DNA of 64,000 bases from Acidobacteriaceae bacterium (GTDB taxonomy: Bacteria; Acidobacteriota; Terriglobia; Terriglobales; Acidobacteriaceae): contig JBPCNO010000047.1 in the NCBI GenBank assembly GCA_051001135.1, positions 972-64,971 of the forward strand, in the 5' to 3' direction. The notes beneath the pieces are model-generated. The model was not told the DNA's origin, searched no databases, and worked only from the letters and a program-made list of their open reading frames with translations. Numbering within the stretch: the stretch's first letter is position 1; every line of letters starts with the position of its first letter. The position numbers were made by a program, and so were the translations under genes. Shown here piece after piece: positions 45,282 to 53,068 of the stretch.

Positions 45282-45347
45282 TCTCCACCTCCGCAACTTC
45301 AAGAGCGCGCAGCCCCCGGGTTGCGCGTTTTGCTTTAAGGTGCGCCC

Positions 45348-46085
45348 GTGATCACCTCAGAGGCCGTTGTATTGCGAACCTGGCCCATCCAGGAGGCGGA
45401 CCAGATCGTCTCCCTCTTTACCCGCGAGCAGGGGAAGGTGAAGGGCGTGGCGAAGTCCGCGGCCAAGAGCCGCCGGCGCTTTGGCGGAGCGCTCGAGCCG
45501 ATGACCTACGTGCGCGCCAACTATGTGGAGAAGCCCCGGCAGGATCTGGTGCGGCTGGATTTTTTCGAGATCCTGCGCTCACCGTTGTCGATAGCCGTCG
45601 ATTACACACGGCTCGCCGCGCTCGCCTTCTTCGCCGAGGTGATCGATGAGACATTGCCGGAGCGCGATCCCAACGACGCGGTCTTCCGCCTGCTGCTCTC
45701 CGTATTGGAGGCGGCGGAGTCGGGTGAGATCTGGATGCCGGTGACCTACTTCGCCCTATGGATGACACGGCTCATGGGCTGGCTTCCAGACCTGCGCCAC
45801 TGCCTGCTCTGCGCGGAGGCGTTCGCGGGCGCTCCGGCATATTTCCATGCACTGAGCGATGGGTTGGTGTGCGTGCACCACCGCCGGTTGGCCTCCGGAA
45901 CGCTGACGCCGGACTCGCAACAACTGGCGGCGCGCATCTTCCATGCGCCGGTGACCGGCTTGGCGGGAGATACGTGGCAGCGCGATACGGGGCGCGATCT
46001 GCGGCGGTTTTCCATCCAGACCATCGAGCGTCACATCGAGCGCCGGTTGACCAGCGCCAAGGCACTGTACAAGCTCGGCGGGTGA
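45348..46085 (+). CDS. recO: DNA repair protein RecO
   Basis: EAVVLRTWPIQEADQIVSLFTREQGKVKGVAKSAAKSRRRFGGALEP is the RecO N-terminal OB fold. C-terminal zinc-type region CLLC...C.HH. Confidence 0.85.
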   Translation: MITSEAVVLRTWPIQEADQIVSLFTREQGKVKGVAKSAAKSRRRFGGALEPMTYVRANYVEKPRQDLVRLDFFEILRSPLSIAVDYTRLAALAFFAEVIDETLPERDPNDAVFRLLLSVLEAAESGEIWMPVTYFALWMTRLMGWLPDLRHCLLCAEAFAGAPAYFHALSDGLVCVHHRRLASGTLTPDSQQLAARIFHAPVTGLAGDTWQRDTGRDLRRFSIQTIERHIERRLTSAKALYKLGG

Positions 46086-46109
46086 GCGAGCGCGTCGTAT
46101 ACTAGCACT

Positions 46110-46604
46110 ATGTCCATCGTGCGTAACATCGCCGGCGTCGCCAAGGGGATGAGCATCACCTTCGGCGAGATGTTCAAGCCCACCGAGGTGGAGAATTATC
46201 CGGACGGGCCCGGTCCGAATCGTGGAGCCCACTTCCAGGATCGCTTCCGCGGCGCGCATGTGCTGCAGCGCGACGAGAACGGTCTGGAGAAGTGTGTGGC
46301 ATGTTTCCTGTGCGCGGCCGCATGCCCGGCCAACTGCATTTACATTGAGGCGGCGGAGAACACCGAAGAGAAGCGAATCTCCAGCGCCGAGCGCTACGCC
46401 AAGGTCTATAACATCGACTACAACCGGTGCATCTTCTGCGGCTACTGTGTCGAGGCCTGCCCCACCGATGCAATCACGCACGGACACGGCTTCGAGCTGG
46501 CTTCGCTGAACGCCACCAATCTGATCTATCGCAAGGAAGACATGCTGGTACCGCAGATCGCGCTGCCCGGCCATACGGAAGCGCAATCGGATTCGATCAA
46601 GTAA
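46110..46604 (+). CDS. NuoI-like 2x[4Fe-4S] subunit (NADH-quinone oxidoreductase subunit I family), not in a nuo operon
   Basis: FRGAHVLQRDENGLEKCVACFLCAAACPANCI and NRCIFCGYCVEACPTDAI, with NuoI-typical spacing and N-terminus (GMSITFGEMFKPTEVENYPD). Confidence 0.8.
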   Translation: MSIVRNIAGVAKGMSITFGEMFKPTEVENYPDGPGPNRGAHFQDRFRGAHVLQRDENGLEKCVACFLCAAACPANCIYIEAAENTEEKRISSAERYAKVYNIDYNRCIFCGYCVEACPTDAITHGHGFELASLNATNLIYRKEDMLVPQIALPGHTEAQSDSIK

Positions 46605-46650
46605 GCGCCTCCATGCCGCAGGCGAGTGACTGGCAGAGTAAGAGGAAGCG

Positions 46651-47268
46651 ATGACGGTGCGTTGCGGGTTGAAAGGACGACCGGGCAGGCTCGTTGCTTT
46701 GGCCGCTTTTCTAACCTGCGCTCCGCTCTGTGCGCAGACGCATCCTAGCGCAGCCCATCCGCAACATCCACAGTACATCGCTCCGGGCGACCTGCACGTC
46801 AAGTCCGGTGGCGCACCTGCCATGAGCGTAAAGCTTATCGGGAGCGCCGGGCCGGTGCGTGAGTACGTGGTGATCTTCAGCCGCGGGGATGAAGCGCTCT
46901 CCGGCCTGACTGATTTTGCCCAGCAATACCATGTGAGCGATGCGTATTTCACGGCGATTGGCGCGGCCCAGGGCGCAACACTGGCCTGGTTCGATCCCCA
47001 ACGCAAAGCATACAAACTGATACCGGTGCCGGGGCAGACTGAGGTTGCTTCGATGGTGGGCGATATCGCGCTCTATCATGGCAAGCCCATTGTGCATACG
47101 CATGCGGTGCTGGGCCTGAACGACGGGTCAGCGCGAGCGGGCCACGTCATCGAAATGCATGTTTCGCCCACGCTTGAAGTGTTTGTCACGACGGATGAGA
47201 CCGATCTGCATAAGAAGCTGGATGAAGCCACCGGGCTCACCCTGATCGATCCCGCAGCAAAGCAATAG
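46651..47268 (+). CDS. Secreted PPC (DUF296) domain protein
   Basis: Signal peptide RLVALAAFLTCAPLCAQ. PPC core: YVVIFSRGDEALSGLTDFAQQYHVSDAYFTAIGA...GDIALYHGKPIVHTHAVLG. Confidence 0.75.
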   Translation: MTVRCGLKGRPGRLVALAAFLTCAPLCAQTHPSAAHPQHPQYIAPGDLHVKSGGAPAMSVKLIGSAGPVREYVVIFSRGDEALSGLTDFAQQYHVSDAYFTAIGAAQGATLAWFDPQRKAYKLIPVPGQTEVASMVGDIALYHGKPIVHTHAVLGLNDGSARAGHVIEMHVSPTLEVFVTTDETDLHKKLDEATGLTLIDPAAKQ

Positions 47269-47281
47269 GAGGCATATACCC

Positions 47282-47575
47282 ATGGCGCAAGTACGCCTGA
47301 TCGCACGCGCAGTAGCCAAAGCGGGAAAGCAGGACAAGCTGCGCTAGGTGCTGCAGGTGATGCTCGCCCCCACGCATGCGGAGGAGGGCAATGTGTTCTA
47401 TGAGCTGTTCGAGTCCCACGAAGGCGGCCGTTTCTTCTTCAATGAGCTATGGCAGAGCTAGGACGCGCTCGACCGGCATATGGCAACACCTCATTTCAAA
47501 AAGTTTGCAGCAGAGACCCGCGATCTGCTTGACGAACCGCTTGAAATCAATCTGCTGACCGAAATTCAGGAGTAA
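47282..47575 (+). pseudogene. ABM (antibiotic-biosynthesis-monooxygenase/YgiN-like) gene interrupted by two in-frame TAG codons
   Basis: My translation: MAQVRLIARAVAKAGKQDKLR*VLQVMLAPTHAEEGNVFYELFESHEGGRFFFNELWQS*DALDRHMATPHFKKFAAETRDLLDEPLEINLLTEIQE*. TAGs at 47345-47347 and 47459-47461, no frameshift, TAA at 47573-47575. AGGAGG lies 9 nt upstream of the ATG. The E..W.S...L..H..TPH pattern is ABM-typical. The gene is missing from the ORF track because each fragment is under 60 aa. Confidence 0.75.
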
Positions 47576-47770
47576 ATCACCGCACAACGTGACGCTCGAA
47601 GCAGAGCCGGTCGCCGGTCGTGATCAACAAAATGGCTCCGGTTTGGCGTAGTGATTCGCGAAAGCTGAAACAATAAGATCAGCTCGAAATAAGCAAGCAG
47701 AGGGGCGAGGCCGCACAGGCTTCGTCCCTTTCGTTTTGCGCGCCAATCATTTCGCGCCAGGGGAGAGTGA

Positions 47771-48334
47771 ATGGAAACGAAACCGAGTGCATTTCTACTG
47801 CGGGCCGCGGAAGCCGCGCGCGCGGCGGACCATGTTTTCCCGGAGCATGCTGCCTGCGAAGCGGCGCTGGAAGCGAACTGGGGGCAGTCGCGGCTCGCGA
47901 TCGAGGGCAACAATCTGTTCGGGCAAAAGCAGGCGCATCCACCGCTTGCGGGCACCGGCACGCTGGAGATAGTGACGCGCGAGTACCTGCGGGGCGAGTG
48001 GGTGATGGTTCCGGCGCACTGGGTCAAATTCGCGAACTGGGCTGAGTGCTTCCAGGCACGCATGGCGGTGCTCGAGCGCCTACGCCATGCATATCCCAAA
48101 TACGCGCAGGCGCTCGACGCGCATACCGGCGAAGCATTCGTCGAGGCAGTCTCCCTGCGCTGGTCGACCGATCCGGACCGCGCCGCGAAGGTGTTGAGCA
48201 TCTATCGCGCCCACTGCGGAGTGTTCAAGGGACCGGGAGTGGAGAGTTCCGCGCCGGAGGCTCCGGCACTGCAGAGGGCAGCGACGGGAAGCGGGAAGGC
48301 GGCGGCCTCCGCGTCAACCGCGACGCTGGCCTGA
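47771..48334 (+). CDS. Glucosaminidase-domain protein (mannosyl-glycoprotein endo-beta-N-acetylglucosaminidase-like, FlgJ C-terminal type)
   Basis: AACEAALEANWGQSRLAIEGNNLFGQK resembles the glucosaminidase (PF01832-type) catalytic region. No signal peptide seen. Confidence 0.65.
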   Translation: METKPSAFLLRAAEAARAADHVFPEHAACEAALEANWGQSRLAIEGNNLFGQKQAHPPLAGTGTLEIVTREYLRGEWVMVPAHWVKFANWAECFQARMAVLERLRHAYPKYAQALDAHTGEAFVEAVSLRWSTDPDRAAKVLSIYRAHCGVFKGPGVESSAPEAPALQRAATGSGKAAASASTATLA

Positions 48335-48358
48335 CGCTGGCCTGAAGGCTGCGAGCGA

Positions 48359-51300
48359 CTACGCTGCGGGCTTCCGCCGGCGCGTGGTCGATTGCTTGTG
48401 CTCGGCCATCAGCACCGCCTGCCGAATCGGCTTCTCGTGCAGCAGCAGTTCGGTCGCCTTCAGATTGGCGTTGGCGTGGAACCAGTCCTGCGTGATGTTG
48501 TCATGGATAAGGTTGAGCACAGCCATCATCGACATGCCCTGGTGGTGAGCCATCCACTCGCGCACCAGTTTGGGTTCGTGGATGGAGTCCTGATAATCGG
48601 CTGCTTCGTAGAAGCCATAGGCGCCGATCCATCCAAGCTTGGCCATGCGTTCAAGATTGCGCATGGCCGCCCCCTGATCGATGGTGAGCGCGAGGAAGGT
48701 GGAGTAGGGCGAGATGACCGGGCCGGCGATAGCGTCCCACTTGAGCGCGATCGAAGGCATGCCGAAGGCGAGGTAATGGTAGTGGCCGGCATCATCCTTT
48801 TGCGCGTAGCCGCACTCGGAGACACCCCATGGGATGCCGCCATGCTCCGAGGCATAGGCGCGTTGGATATGGACGACGCTGTCGAGCGTACGCGTCACCA
48901 GGGTGTCGGGATAGGCGCGCATCCATAGCGCCGGCATCAGGTACTCGAACATGGTGCCGGTCCAGGAGATAAGCGCCGGCCGCCCGTAGGCGACGGTGTG
49001 GATGCGGCCCAGCTTGAACCAGCTCTGCTGCGTAGCTTCGCCCTTGGCCACGGCGATGAAGGCTGCGATCCGCGCCTCGGAGCAGAGCAGGTCATAGCAG
49101 GCCTTGTGCAGCTCTTCCTGCTCCACCATGTAGCCGATGGAGAGGATCTGCCGCGAGGGTTCGATCAGAAAGGCGAAGTCCATCTCGGCCACACAGCGTT
49201 CGGCGTGCGCGGCCAGCTTGCTCAGATCACGGGAGAGCGCTTCGAAATTGGCCTGCGCGGCGGGCAGCAAGGTGCGCAGCTTTTCCGCGAGAAAAACCTC
49301 AGGAGAATCGCTGACGGAAGTAGTCCAGGCACGCTGCAGGCGGGTGTCCAGGTCGGCGACCACTGCGGCGAGCGATTCCAGAGGCGCGGTCTCCGCTTCG
49401 CGGAAGATGCTTTGCAGCAGGGGAGACTGGCGCAGTGAGGCGAATTCAGGCTGCAGCCACGGCAGGTAGTCGCGAATAATGTCAGTGAATGCGCGGATGC
49501 GGGTCCGGAGTTCGAGCAGCCACCAGGCTGCCTCGGAAGGCGGCCCAACCGCCGCGTTCTTTGTCCCAGGCTGGCGTGCCCCAGGCTGGAGAAAGACGGG
49601 AGATTGTTCGGCCTGCAATGCCCAGGCGACCCATGCGTGCAGATCGTCGTCAAGCGGCGGCGGCGTAATGCCGGCCGGCGGAGCGCCCAGGGAAGCGAGC
49701 AAGTGGAGATGATCGCGTAGGCCGTTGAAGATGCGTGACTCGATGAGCGGACAGCGCAGCAGGGCCTCGGTGCCGGAGCGCAGCGTGTAAAACGATGCCG
49801 CGAGGTTCCCGCTGTCCACTGACGAGATCGTGATGGGCCGGATCGGCGCGAGCGTGCGCGTGTCGTACCAGTTGTAGATGTGGCCGTTGCGCTTCTCCAG
49901 CCGCTCGTAGGTCGCGAGGCTCTTCTGGGTGAGGATGGCGAACTCCGGCACCGTCAGATAGCCGAAGATATGCGCGGCCTGACGCGCATTGAGCAAGAGG
50001 CCAAAATTCGTAGGCGACACGCGGCCTGCTTCAAATAGACTCTCCTCCTCCACGTTGTCCGGAATGAGGTAGTTGTGTGCCGCGCCGCCGTATTCGTAGA
50101 AGAAGCGCCAGGTGCGCAGCGCCAGCGAACGCATGAAGAGATCCTGATCGCGCGTCAGCCGCTTGCGCGCTTCATGCGGGGGCTTGTTGAGCCATGCGGT
50201 GATGCCGCTTTCAAATCCCCACAGGATCAGGATGGGGAGCGCTACCAGAAACGACGACGGACGCACCATGGCCACCACGATGGCAATGACCAGCGTGAAC
50301 AGCGGGGTGGCACGCAAATAGCGATCGACCGGCGTGGTGCGCTCGCTGACCGACTCTGCCTGCGCGGCGGTCTCCCATTCCAGCAGCCGTTGGCCGGTGA
50401 TGAAGCGGCGCACCAGCGCGCGGATGATGGCGTCGAGCGTGAGCAGCGTCTGGTGCGGAAGAAACGCCAGGTTGAGCAGCGTAATGATCACGCTTTGCGA
50501 AAAGCCGATGACGGCCTCACGCGCCTCGCCCTTCTGCGGGCTGAAGGCAGCGCGCCCCAGGCCGAAGATGAGCGACAGCAGCGTGGGCACGAAGAGCAGG
50601 AAGAGCGTGACCAGGGTCCAGTAGACCGGTCCGCCGGGAAGCCCCAGCCAGCCCGCGACCAGCAGTATGAGCGTGAACGGCTCGACCAGCGAGCGGCGCA
50701 GGTTGTCGAAGATCTTCCAGCGCGAGATGGTGGAGATGGGGTTCTTGACCGGCCGGCCGCTCTCGTCCGGCACCGTGCCGAACATCCACTGGGCGATCTG
50801 CCAGTCCCCGCGTACCCAGCGGTGCTGCCGCTTGCGGTACGCGCTGTAGTGCGAGGGGTAATCGTCGATCACTTCAATGTCGGTGACCAGACCGGCGCGG
50901 GCGTATGCGCCTTCGATCAGGTCATGCGACAACAGTGAGTTGCGGGGGAAGCGGCGGTCGAGGACCGCATGCAGTGTGGCCACCTCGAAGATGCCCTTGC
51001 CGGTAAAGCTGCCCTCTCCATAGAGATCCTGATAGGCGTCGGAGATGGCGCGGGTATAGATATCGAAGCCGGTCTGTCCGGAGTAGATGGCGGCCAGGCG
51101 TGAGCGCGACGCCGAGTGCACGCTGACCCCGACCCGCGGCTGCAGAATGCCATAGCCTTCGGTCACGATGCGCGACTCCGGATCGATGACGGCGCGGTTC
51201 AACGGGTGCGCCATGGCGCCGATCATGGAGTGCGCGGTGCCGCGAGGCAGTTGCGTATCCGAATCGAGGGTGATGACATAGCGGACCGACTCCAGGTCTT

Positions 51301-53068
51301 CCAGGTTGCCGGCCTTCACCGGGAAGCTGTCGTAGGCGCCGGTCAGCAGCTTGTTCAAATCCAGGAGTTTGCCGCGTTTGCGCTCCCAGCCCATCCACAC
51401 GCCCTGGCGCGCGTTGAAGATGCGATGGCGATGCAGCAGGAAGAAGCCGCCGCCGCCGGGCTTGGCATAGCGCGCATTCAATCCATTCACCAGCGAGACG
51501 GCAAGCTCTACCAGCGGATCGGTATCGTTGGCGCGCGGACGGCTTACGGAATCGGGAAGATCGCTCAGAATGGCGAAGTGGATATGCGCATCCTGGTTGG
51601 CGAGATAGCGGACCTCGAGCTCCTCGAACAGATCGCGGACCTGGTTCTCCCGCAGCAGCAGTGTGGGCACCGCGACCAGGGTAGTGAACTGCGATGGGAT
51701 GCCCTTGCTGAAATCCATCTTGGGTAGCGCATTGGGCTTGAAGAGCGCCGTGACGGTGTTGTTGACCAGGTCTACCGCGCCCTGCGCCGCCGGCAGCAGC
51801 AGCAGCAGAAAGGCCACCGTGAGCCCGCCGAAGATGGAATAGCTGGGAATGAGCGCGGCCACGATGATGCCGATGAGCACCACCGTGAGGATGAGGGCGC
51901 CGCCGATATAGAAGTCGTCCGCATTGCGGTGAACCACCATGCGAACGCGATCGATGAACGGCGGCCGGTAGCCTACGCGCTGGGCCAGTGCAGGGAAGCC
52001 TTTGTCGACCAGATAGTAGCCGACGTGGGCGCGGCGCAGAGCCAGGCGTTCCGGCTGCGCTGGATCACGGGGCCGTTCCGCCAGCCGCAGGGCGGCCTCC
52101 GCTACCTCGCTCTCCGAACAATCGGAAGCGCGGGAGATCTCGGCTACCCGTTCGCGGTAGGCTTCCCGGCTGTCGAAGTCCATGAGTGGATACGCGCCGG
52201 AAGGGTCTCTGCGCAGGATCGCGTCGTAGACCACGAGGTTTTCGATCATCGCGGGCCAGTTGGCGTAGTTGGCGTCGCGGATGCTTTGAAAGCGCGCCTT
52301 GAGCAGCTTGGCGCCGGCGGTGGTGTGCGAGGCGGGGTCGTCGATGACCGCGCGCGCTTGGGTGAGGATCTCTTCCAGCAGCAGAAACTTGGTCGCCGTG
52401 GGAAAGGCCCACAACTCCCGCAAGGTGAGCGCATCCGTCCGCTGAATCTCCACCAGAAAGGCTTCGGCGGCGTTGGCCCACCAGGTGGAAGACGAGGCCT
52501 GCAGATAGGCATTGGCGACGGTAATGACGCGCGGCTCATCCCCGGCGCGTTCGTGAATGACCGAAGGCAGCTTGGCCAGCCGCCTGCGAATGGATTTGAT
52601 CTCCGTGAGCACGGCCTGCAGCAGCCGCGGATTCTCCCGCAGCTCCAGCAGTGGATCGAGCGGCTCGCCCGGCTTGTAGGTAGGCATGGGACGCCGGTCG
52701 AGCTCCTGAAATACCTGGTCGAAGGCGCTCTGGGTCGCCGCTATGCGGGGAGAGAATAGGTCCGCGTCGGGGTGATTGTGAGCGATCTCCCAGGTGGGCG
52801 CAACGCTCCGTGCATAGTGGCGCACCGGCTCCAGCGGCACCGGCTCCGGTTCTGGCTCCAGTTCTGGCTCCGGTTCTGGTTCTAGCTCCGGTTCTGGTTC
52901 TAGCTCTGGCTCGTGGCGAAGGGGAACGGCAGCCGGCGCTGCGGCTTCAGGCACATCGGTCTGCTCGATGGCGGCAGCGTCATCGGGACTGAAATGGGGC
53001 GCGTCCTCCCGCTTCGGAGATTCGGGGTTGGCGGAGGTCCCGGGGTTCACCGGCAGGTCAGGGTTCAT
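48359..53068 (-). CDS. Cyclic beta-1,2-glucan synthase-like membrane glycosyltransferase (GT84-type domain plus alpha-helical glucan-processing domain), without C-terminal GH94 phosphorylase
   Basis: 1569 aa. LDSDTQLPRGTAHSMIGAMAHPLNRAV...GYGILQPRVGVS and QHRWVRGDWQI are Cgs/NdvB-type GT motifs, flanked by TM segments. The C-terminal ~550 aa (GIPWGVSECGYAQ...LAFGMPSIALK...GWIGAYGFYEAADY) resemble the Cgs middle (cyclization/glucoamylase-like) domain. The protein ends where GH94 would begin in ~2800-aa Cgs. Confidence 0.7.
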   Translation of the reverse strand: MNPDLPVNPGTSANPESPKREDAPHFSPDDAAAIEQTDVPEAAAPAAVPLRHEPELEPEPELEPEPEPELEPEPEPVPLEPVRHYARSVAPTWEIAHNHPDADLFSPRIAATQSAFDQVFQELDRRPMPTYKPGEPLDPLLELRENPRLLQAVLTEIKSIRRRLAKLPSVIHERAGDEPRVITVANAYLQASSSTWWANAAEAFLVEIQRTDALTLRELWAFPTATKFLLLEEILTQARAVIDDPASHTTAGAKLLKARFQSIRDANYANWPAMIENLVVYDAILRRDPSGAYPLMDFDSREAYRERVAEISRASDCSESEVAEAALRLAERPRDPAQPERLALRRAHVGYYLVDKGFPALAQRVGYRPPFIDRVRMVVHRNADDFYIGGALILTVVLIGIIVAALIPSYSIFGGLTVAFLLLLLPAAQGAVDLVNNTVTALFKPNALPKMDFSKGIPSQFTTLVAVPTLLLRENQVRDLFEELEVRYLANQDAHIHFAILSDLPDSVSRPRANDTDPLVELAVSLVNGLNARYAKPGGGGFFLLHRHRIFNARQGVWMGWERKRGKLLDLNKLLTGAYDSFPVKAGNLEDLESVRYVITLDSDTQLPRGTAHSMIGAMAHPLNRAVIDPESRIVTEGYGILQPRVGVSVHSASRSRLAAIYSGQTGFDIYTRAISDAYQDLYGEGSFTGKGIFEVATLHAVLDRRFPRNSLLSHDLIEGAYARAGLVTDIEVIDDYPSHYSAYRKRQHRWVRGDWQIAQWMFGTVPDESGRPVKNPISTISRWKIFDNLRRSLVEPFTLILLVAGWLGLPGGPVYWTLVTLFLLFVPTLLSLIFGLGRAAFSPQKGEAREAVIGFSQSVIITLLNLAFLPHQTLLTLDAIIRALVRRFITGQRLLEWETAAQAESVSERTTPVDRYLRATPLFTLVIAIVVAMVRPSSFLVALPILILWGFESGITAWLNKPPHEARKRLTRDQDLFMRSLALRTWRFFYEYGGAAHNYLIPDNVEEESLFEAGRVSPTNFGLLLNARQAAHIFGYLTVPEFAILTQKSLATYERLEKRNGHIYNWYDTRTLAPIRPITISSVDSGNLAASFYTLRSGTEALLRCPLIESRIFNGLRDHLHLLASLGAPPAGITPPPLDDDLHAWVAWALQAEQSPVFLQPGARQPGTKNAAVGPPSEAAWWLLELRTRIRAFTDIIRDYLPWLQPEFASLRQSPLLQSIFREAETAPLESLAAVVADLDTRLQRAWTTSVSDSPEVFLAEKLRTLLPAAQANFEALSRDLSKLAAHAERCVAEMDFAFLIEPSRQILSIGYMVEQEELHKACYDLLCSEARIAAFIAVAKGEATQQSWFKLGRIHTVAYGRPALISWTGTMFEYLMPALWMRAYPDTLVTRTLDSVVHIQRAYASEHGGIPWGVSECGYAQKDDAGHYHYLAFGMPSIALKWDAIAGPVISPYSTFLALTIDQGAAMRNLERMAKLGWIGAYGFYEAADYQDSIHEPKLVREWMAHHQGMSMMAVLNLIHDNITQDWFHANANLKATELLLHEKPIRQAVLMAEHKQSTTRRRKPAA
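52826..52912. repeat. Degenerate tandem GGCTCCGGTTCTGG-type DNA repeats encoding an (E-P/E-L) low-complexity tract
   Basis: The protein segment EPELEPEPELEPEPEPELEPEPEPVPLEP (residues ~53-81 of the Cgs-like protein) is visible as repeated CGGTTCTGG/CTCCAGTTCTGG units in lines 52801-52920. Confidence 0.8.

Noticed and set aside
47402-47420. tRNA T-arm-like string GTTCGAGTCCCA
   Set aside because: It lies in frame inside the ABM coding sequence (ELFESH). No acceptor or anticodon stems can be built from the flanks.
47282-47575. Amber codons as genetic-code reassignment (pyrrolysine or suppressor-tRNA decoding)
   Set aside because: TAG clearly terminates several intact genes in the same window: motA at 10174-76, uppS, the ferredoxin at 45279-81, the IMPase gene at 42710-12, and the sigma factor. 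No pyl genes or tRNA were seen. A pseudogene created by CCAGG-to-CTAGG transitions is the more economical reading.
52826-52912. Short tandem repeats as a CRISPR-like or minisatellite array
   Set aside because: The units are 6-12 nt and degenerate, have no spacers, and lie in frame inside a long ORF encoding an EP/EL tract.
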